Shown here: positions 58,088-64,000 of the stretch, piece by piece
How positions within the stretch are numbered: position 1 is the first letter of the stretch
Layout of the letters: every line of letters starts with the position of its first letter
Source of the DNA: an uncultured Lacinutrix sp.
GTDB lineage: Bacteria > Bacteroidota > Bacteroidia > Flavobacteriales > Flavobacteriaceae
NCBI RefSeq assembly: GCF_947500325.1
Contig: NZ_CANMRQ010000001.1
Location: forward strand, 1 to 64,000
DNA length: 64,000 bases
Reading direction: 5' to 3'
Notes under the pieces: model-generated
What the model was told of the DNA's origin: nothing
The model's database searches: none
Seen by the model: only the letters and a program-made list of their open reading frames with translations
Position numbers and translations under genes: made by a program

Positions 58088-60253
58088 TTAGTCTTTAAAC
58101 TCGTCTTTCATTTTACTTGGTAAAACATCAAACCCCATATTATATAGTGTAAAGCCGTAAATATCTGCAGCTTGTTCAATGGTTTTACTTACTGGTGTTC
58201 CTGCACCATGTCCTGCATCTGTTTCTATACGAATAAGTGTTGGATTATTTCCTGCTTGTTTGCTTTGTAACTCTGCTGCAAATTTAAAGCTATGCGCTGG
58301 CACTACACGATCATCATGATCTCCAGTAGTTACCATAGTTGCAGGATATTCTACACCTTTTTTTACATTGTGAAGAGGTGAATACCCTTTTAGGTAATCG
58401 AACATTTCCTTACTATCTTCTGCGGTACCATAATCGTAAGCCCAGCCAGCCCCTGCAGTAAACGTATGATAACGTAACATATCTAACACACCAACTGCTG
58501 GTAAAGCAACCTTCATTAAATCTGGACGCTGTGTCATAGTTGCTCCTACCAGTAAACCACCATTAGATCCTCCTCGAATTGCTAAATAATCACTAGATGT
58601 GTACTTCTTTTCTATTAAGTATTCTGCAGCTGCTATAAAATCGTCAAATACATTCTGCTTTTTTAATTGCGTTCCTGCATCATGCCATTTTTTACCATAT
58701 TCACCACCACCACGAAGGTTTGGAACTGCAAAAATACCACCTTGTTCCATCCATACAGCATTAGTGATACTAAAACCAGGTGTTAAACTAATATTAAACC
58801 CTCCGTAACCATAAAGAATTGTTGGATTTTTTCCATTAAGCTCTGTCCCTTTTTTATATGTAATAATCATAGGTACTTTTGTGCCATCTTTAGAACTATA
58901 AAAGACTTGTTTACTTTCATAATCTTCCGGATTAAAATCAATATCTGGTTTACGAAAAAGTTCTGAAGTTCCTTCTGCAATATTATATTTATATATATTT
59001 CCTGGTGTTACATAATTAGTAAACGAATAATACAATTCCTTATCTTCTTTTTTAGCTCCAAAACGTCCTACACTTCCAACACCTGGTAATTTAACCTCAC
59101 GTATTAATTTACCATCATAATCATATTGTAATGTTTTTGATACAGCGTCTACCATATATTCTGCAAAAAAATTACCTCCTGCCGTAGATGCGCTTAAAAC
59201 ATTTTCGGTTTCTGGAATTAGATCTTTCCAATTCTCAGGCGTTGGACTTGATGCATCAACAGTCACAATTTTTTTATTTGGCGCATCTAAATTAGTCACC
59301 AAATAAAGTTTACTCCCTGCATTTTCTATAATATTAGTATCGCTATTTGTATGATCCAATATTGTAACTAAAGGACTATCTGGGTTTGTTAAGTCTTTAA
59401 TAAATAATTTATTCCCAGAGGTAGAAACACTAGCAGAAATCATTAAATAATTATCATCTTCTGTTACTCTTGCTCCAGCATATCTATGTTTTTCTTCAGG
59501 CTTAGCTCCAAAAATAATTTTATCTTCTTTTTGAGATGTTCCTAATTTATGGTAATATACTTTATGTTGATCCGTCTTTGCTGATAATTCACTTCCTTTA
59601 GGTTTATCGTAACTTGAATAATAAAACCCTTCGTTTTTATACCAAGACATACCACTAAATTTAACATCTACAATAGTGTCTTCTATAATTTCTTTAGTTT
59701 CTGTATTCATTACTAAAATTTTACGCCAATCACTTCCTCCTTCAGAAATTGCGTATGCTAACGTTTTTCCATCTTTAGAAAAGCTTGCGCCTCCAAGTGA
59801 AATTGTTCCATCCTCTTTAAACGTATTAGGGTCTAAAAAAACTGTTGCTGTCTTAGAATCTTCTCCTGTTTTATACCTATAGATTACATATTGATTTTGA
59901 AGACCATTATTTTTATAAAAGTAAGTATAATCACCTTCTTTAAAAGGAGATCCTATTTTTTCATAATTCCATAATTTTTCTAATCTAGATTTCAACTCTT
60001 CACGAAAAGGTATGTTATCTAAATAGCCATATGTTGCTTTATTTTGATCTTTCACCCAAGCTTGAGTTGCTTCACTTCTATCATCTTCTAACCATCGATA
60101 AGGGTCTTTTACTTCTGTTCCAAAGTAATTAGTAATAGTATCTACTGTATTTGTTTTAGGGTAGTTTACTGTAACTTCCTTTCGAGAAGTTTGCTCTTCT
60201 TTGCAAGACATAATTATTGAAAGTGTTAAAAAGCAAAATGCTATTTTTTTCAT
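58088..60253 (-). CDS. prolyl oligopeptidase (S9A family)
   Basis: lipoprotein signal, beta-propeller, catalytic GGSNGG serine motif and C-terminal D/H; 721 aa. Confidence 0.8.
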   Translation of the reverse strand: MKKIAFCFLTLSIIMSCKEEQTSRKEVTVNYPKTNTVDTITNYFGTEVKDPYRWLEDDRSEATQAWVKDQNKATYGYLDNIPFREELKSRLEKLWNYEKIGSPFKEGDYTYFYKNNGLQNQYVIYRYKTGEDSKTATVFLDPNTFKEDGTISLGGASFSKDGKTLAYAISEGGSDWRKILVMNTETKEIIEDTIVDVKFSGMSWYKNEGFYYSSYDKPKGSELSAKTDQHKVYYHKLGTSQKEDKIIFGAKPEEKHRYAGARVTEDDNYLMISASVSTSGNKLFIKDLTNPDSPLVTILDHTNSDTNIIENAGSKLYLVTNLDAPNKKIVTVDASSPTPENWKDLIPETENVLSASTAGGNFFAEYMVDAVSKTLQYDYDGKLIREVKLPGVGSVGRFGAKKEDKELYYSFTNYVTPGNIYKYNIAEGTSELFRKPDIDFNPEDYESKQVFYSSKDGTKVPMIITYKKGTELNGKNPTILYGYGGFNISLTPGFSITNAVWMEQGGIFAVPNLRGGGEYGKKWHDAGTQLKKQNVFDDFIAAAEYLIEKKYTSSDYLAIRGGSNGGLLVGATMTQRPDLMKVALPAVGVLDMLRYHTFTAGAGWAYDYGTAEDSKEMFDYLKGYSPLHNVKKGVEYPATMVTTGDHDDRVVPAHSFKFAAELQSKQAGNNPTLIRIETDAGHGAGTPVSKTIEQAADIYGFTLYNMGFDVLPSKMKDEFKD

Positions 60254-60334
60254 ATTCTTAAGTTTAAGACATAAAAATAAACAAAAAAGCTCTTGTGATA
60301 ATACACAAGAGCTTTTTTAAGTTTATTTTAAAAT

Positions 60335-62770
60335 TTACTTTTTTATAAATTTCTGTGTTTTCACACTTCTATTTGCTGAAATTTGAAGGATATAATTTCC
60401 AGACTGTAATTTAGAAATATCAATACTATTAGAATTAAAATTCCCATTGGCAACCATTCTTCCGACCATATCAAATATTGAATATTTAGTGTTATCAAAC
60501 AAGTAGTCTGTTCCATTTAAATTTAATACTGTAGTTGCTGGGTTAGGGTATAGAATTAAATCTTCAACAGAAAACGCTGCAACACTTAAAGGACTTGATC
60601 CTTCGACAACTTCAAGAGGTTCATTAATATTAGGATTCTCTATAAAATCTGTCATTCCAGATGGCCAGTGTATTGTTATAGATGTTATTGCTGTATCTGC
60701 CCCAATACCAAAATGAGCATTTAGAGTGTTCATAAATCTAAATCCATCACCACTTCTTACATCTCTAATTTGAGTTCCAGAAGCTGTTTCTAATATAATT
60801 CTTGCCCCAATGCCATCTAAATTACTTGCCGTACCTACAGTATTAATCTTAATCCAGTTATTTGAGTTGGTATTGTTTGTATATAGCGTTCCTGTTTCAG
60901 AAAAATTATCTATAAATCCATCATTATTTAAGTCACCAAATGAGCCTCTTGCTGCAACAACGTTTTCATAAGATGTAAATGTTAAATCTCCATTTCCAAA
61001 TAATATATTACCATTAGAAGCAATGTCTAGGTTTCCATCATTATCAAAATCGAAAGTCACATTTTCAATACCTGTCGCAGTTAAAGAAGAAACACCTGAA
61101 GTTCCTGTAACTTCGGTAAATGTAACCGATACTAGATCTCCATTTGTATCTAAAACTAAATCATTACGCATTAATTTATGAGTACCAGAACTTGCACCTA
61201 CAAAAACATCCATATCACCATCATTATCAAAATCTCCCCAAGCAGAAGACCAAGTTTGCATTGGGTCTGCAAGGTTTAAAGCTACTCCATTTTCTGTAAA
61301 ACTAGTAGTGATTCCGTTAGCATCAAGTCCATTATTGGTATGCATTTGGTTTGTTCTTCGCGCAACTTCACCGCCACATTTTGCTATAAACATATCTTGA
61401 TCTCTATCGTTATCATAATCTATCCAAATAGACCCATAGTTTCCTCCAGAAACATAATCTCCTAAATTATAAGGAGCACCAGCATTAGTTGTTTGGTGGA
61501 ATGTTAAATTCCCACTACCATCATTTATATAATACACATTTGGAGCAACATCATGGCAAACAAAAGCATCTAGATTACCATCATTATTAATATCTATAAA
61601 GTTAGAACGTTGAGAAAACACATTTTGAGATCCCGAAATTTCTGTAAAAGATGTTCCTGTTGCATTATCGGCTTTCATAAAAGTCACCCCAGAACCAGCA
61701 CCGTAAAGTAAATCGGTATATCCATTACCATCCCAATCTGCTGCAGCTAAACTCCATGATGGTGTGAAATCTGCATTAGTAGTCGTAATATTTTTAACAG
61801 CAAATCCACCTCCAACTTGTTGTTCTTGAATATGGATATTTGTAGAATTAACAGCCACAATATCATCTAAATGATCTCCATTCATATCTACTACTGCTCT
61901 TATAGTTCCAGTAGTAGTAATTGGAGATTGTGTAAAAGAAATTGGAGCAGGAATAGAAGCTGTTTCAAATTGTCTTGCAGCTCCCCATGTACTATAGCCA
62001 TCATCAACACCACAATAGCTTCTTACATATACATCATAGCTAGTTCCTGCTATTAATCCCGTAACGTTATATGTCGTTGTAGTTACTACTGTTCCAGTAT
62101 CAGTATCTAAAGGTTGAGGCTGACCAGTTAATTGCACTATAATTTCCCAAGACGTTTCACTACCACCAGCGGTCCAATCTATAGTAGCTGTATTTTGTGT
62201 AATATTCGTCACGATAGTGTTTGTTGGTCCTGCACATGAAGTATTATAAATACTAACATTATCAATAAGCCAATACCATGCCCAAACATCATTATCATTA
62301 TAAATAAAACGTACTTGCATATTTGCATTCTTATATGCAGTAATATCTATTTGTTGTATATCTGGATTATTAAAAGCTCCAGCATCAGCAGTTTGATTTA
62401 AAATCTCTACCCAGTTAGTTCCATCGTAAACTTCAACAATAGCGACATCTGCTCCAAAATTATTAAAAAACTGATGGAATTCTAAATATAATGCAGTAGC
62501 TCCAGAAGTATCAACAATTGGACTTGTTAATGTCTCAAATAAAATTGTTCCATCTCCAACACCATCACTATCTACAATAGCTGCATTTGTACCGTTTAAA
62601 GCATTTCCATTTTTCATACCAGACGTCCAAGAATCTCCAGTTGCCTCGCCGGCATCAGTAATGATCCAACTACTAGGAATAGTAGTATCAAAGTTTTCAC
62701 TTAAATATGTTTGTGCTTTTACAGTTAATGCAAAAACAAAACACAATGTTAATAATGTAATTTTTTTCAT
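60335..62770 (-). CDS. T9SS-secreted VCBS/FG-GAP repeat protein (C-terminal Por sorting domain)
   Basis: signal peptide, repeated DxDxDGxxD FG-GAP/VCBS units, C-terminal LILYPNPA...sorting domain; 811 aa. Confidence 0.7.
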   Translation of the reverse strand: MKKITLLTLCFVFALTVKAQTYLSENFDTTIPSSWIITDAGEATGDSWTSGMKNGNALNGTNAAIVDSDGVGDGTILFETLTSPIVDTSGATALYLEFHQFFNNFGADVAIVEVYDGTNWVEILNQTADAGAFNNPDIQQIDITAYKNANMQVRFIYNDNDVWAWYWLIDNVSIYNTSCAGPTNTIVTNITQNTATIDWTAGGSETSWEIIVQLTGQPQPLDTDTGTVVTTTTYNVTGLIAGTSYDVYVRSYCGVDDGYSTWGAARQFETASIPAPISFTQSPITTTGTIRAVVDMNGDHLDDIVAVNSTNIHIQEQQVGGGFAVKNITTTNADFTPSWSLAAADWDGNGYTDLLYGAGSGVTFMKADNATGTSFTEISGSQNVFSQRSNFIDINNDGNLDAFVCHDVAPNVYYINDGSGNLTFHQTTNAGAPYNLGDYVSGGNYGSIWIDYDNDRDQDMFIAKCGGEVARRTNQMHTNNGLDANGITTSFTENGVALNLADPMQTWSSAWGDFDNDGDMDVFVGASSGTHKLMRNDLVLDTNGDLVSVTFTEVTGTSGVSSLTATGIENVTFDFDNDGNLDIASNGNILFGNGDLTFTSYENVVAARGSFGDLNNDGFIDNFSETGTLYTNNTNSNNWIKINTVGTASNLDGIGARIILETASGTQIRDVRSGDGFRFMNTLNAHFGIGADTAITSITIHWPSGMTDFIENPNINEPLEVVEGSSPLSVAAFSVEDLILYPNPATTVLNLNGTDYLFDNTKYSIFDMVGRMVANGNFNSNSIDISKLQSGNYILQISANRSVKTQKFIKK

Positions 62771-62792
62771 AGCTTTATTGGTTTTTTTTTAG

Positions 62793-63890
62793 TTATTGGC
62801 AAGGCTGAGTTAAAGACTCGATCCATTCTTCAACTAATCTAATACCTTGTGTATGTTTTAATGTCCTCCCTATAAGAGGCATTCTATATTCTTCTAATGT
62901 TGAACTCATTCTAAAAAAAGCAACAGATTCATTTGGGCTATTGGGTTTTATAATATGTGTCAAACTACTATTTACATTAGTATCTGGTTCTACACAAACA
63001 CCCATATTTATTAAATCATCATTCTCATTAAATGCAAAACGCATAGGTCTATATTCACAATAACTTTCTTCACTATGACAATGTGCACAATTAATATCTA
63101 TATATGACCTAGCTCTGAGATCTAGAGACAGACTAGTATCTTTCCAATTTACTGTTGCAATAATATTTGAAGGGTAATTAGGTTCTAGATAATCCATCTC
63201 AACCCATTTTTGCATTTGATTTTTTAGACCGTCACTATATTGTAAGTCTTTAAATATATTTTGTGGTTTGGGACCAATTGGAACTGGCGTTCCAAATTTA
63301 TTATGACATGTAAAGCATTCTGCTGCTGCAGGTACTCTATAATTTACATTTTTAATCTCGTTGTCTTGAATCCACTCTATATTAACAACACTTCCTTCAC
63401 TAGTTAAAGTTGCTTCAGATTGTGCTTCATTCCAAAGGTACTCTGCGAATATCCATTGATCTGCTTTTTTAATCATTAAGCGTGTCTCTATTATTCTTTT
63501 AGTGTTATTGGGTTGAATATTTTCAAAATAGAAATTTTTAATGAGTACCGTTCCTATTGGAAAATTAAAAGGCAAATGATCACTAACATATGTGGCCTTA
63601 ACATTTTCAGGCATCCATACAAATCGTTTTTTCTTAGCATAATCACTAAATAAACTTGAGTTTAATTCATACGGTAATACTCCAAAAACAGGTTCTAAAT
63701 CTTTAAGTTCCTCTTTAAAGAAATTATATTCTGATAACGTTTGATAAGGTACATTTTCAATATTAAAAATCACAGGAGATTCCTGTTCCTCTTGATTAGG
63801 AATCGTTTCATAATTTTCTTCTTTAGTACAGGAAGATATACTAAAAAAAAAGAGGGAAATTATTAAAAATAGAGCGTAGTTTTTTACCAT
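62793..63890 (-). CDS. lipoprotein with two CxxCH haem-binding motifs (di-haem cytochrome c-like)
   Basis: lipobox SISSC; CFTCH and CAHCH motifs; 365 aa. Confidence 0.5.
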   Translation of the reverse strand: MVKNYALFLIISLFFFSISSCTKEENYETIPNQEEQESPVIFNIENVPYQTLSEYNFFKEELKDLEPVFGVLPYELNSSLFSDYAKKKRFVWMPENVKATYVSDHLPFNFPIGTVLIKNFYFENIQPNNTKRIIETRLMIKKADQWIFAEYLWNEAQSEATLTSEGSVVNIEWIQDNEIKNVNYRVPAAAECFTCHNKFGTPVPIGPKPQNIFKDLQYSDGLKNQMQKWVEMDYLEPNYPSNIIATVNWKDTSLSLDLRARSYIDINCAHCHSEESYCEYRPMRFAFNENDDLINMGVCVEPDTNVNSSLTHIIKPNSPNESVAFFRMSSTLEEYRMPLIGRTLKHTQGIRLVEEWIESLTQPCQ

Positions 63891-64000
63891 AAATTCAATT
63901 CAATTCTACTAATATATAGAATTCTTTAAATTCTGGCAATTAAAGCGCTGAAATTAACGCTTTTAGCTATAAAACGACTAAACTAAATTATTATCGACTA

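Overview
AT-rich (about 32% GC) Bacteroidetes/Flavobacteriia-type chromosome segment. Supporting signals are TAnnTTTG -7 promoter boxes, a T9SS C-terminal sorting domain, TPR sensor kinases, and dense, mostly minus-strand packing.

Layout:
- ~1-27.4 kb looks like core genome. It holds an OmpA tail, an FAD oxidase, mtgA, and a compact type III PKS + methyltransferase + FAD-oxidase + dedicated type II FAS/ACP/PPTase cluster (alkylresorcinol/SrsABC-ArsABCD-like). It also holds secreted hypotheticals, a TPR two-component system, and an NfeD-flotillin pair followed by a 1629-aa protein with a C-terminal AAA+ (AAA_5/MoxR-like) ATPase.
- ~27.5-53.5 kb is an accessory island with no integrase visible, built around RNA repair and tRNA supply:
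  - two RtcB ligases, one of them paired with the release-factor homologue PrfH (RtcB2-PrfH ribosome-repair module);
  - a T4 Rnl2-type RNA ligase;
  - a CCA-adding enzyme with an HD domain, and three minimal nucleotidyltransferases;
  - a DEDD exonuclease;
  - a very dense minus-strand array of about 18 tRNA genes (43.78-45.51 kb), a second small tRNA cluster (28.14-28.47 kb) and a zone of degenerate tRNA-like repeats (40.3-40.8 kb);
  - several tRNA-like genes whose acceptor, D and T arms are perfectly maintained (by compensatory changes) but whose anticodon arms are non-canonical;
  - a 1.1-kb ORF-free, relatively GC-rich, hairpin-rich block (candidate large structured RNA);
  - a shared palindromic operator plus -7 box upstream of four minus-strand genes of the island (RtcB, a small Cys-rich protein, Rnl2, an Ntn-hydrolase).
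- ~53.6-64 kb returns to core-like genes: a WYL-HTH regulator fused to a PhyH-type dioxygenase, an S24 peptidase, an ABC ATPase, prolyl oligopeptidase, a T9SS VCBS/FG-GAP protein, and a di-haem cytochrome c-like lipoprotein.

All calls rest on motif-level reading of the ORF translations and manual cloverleaf folding. No database search was possible.
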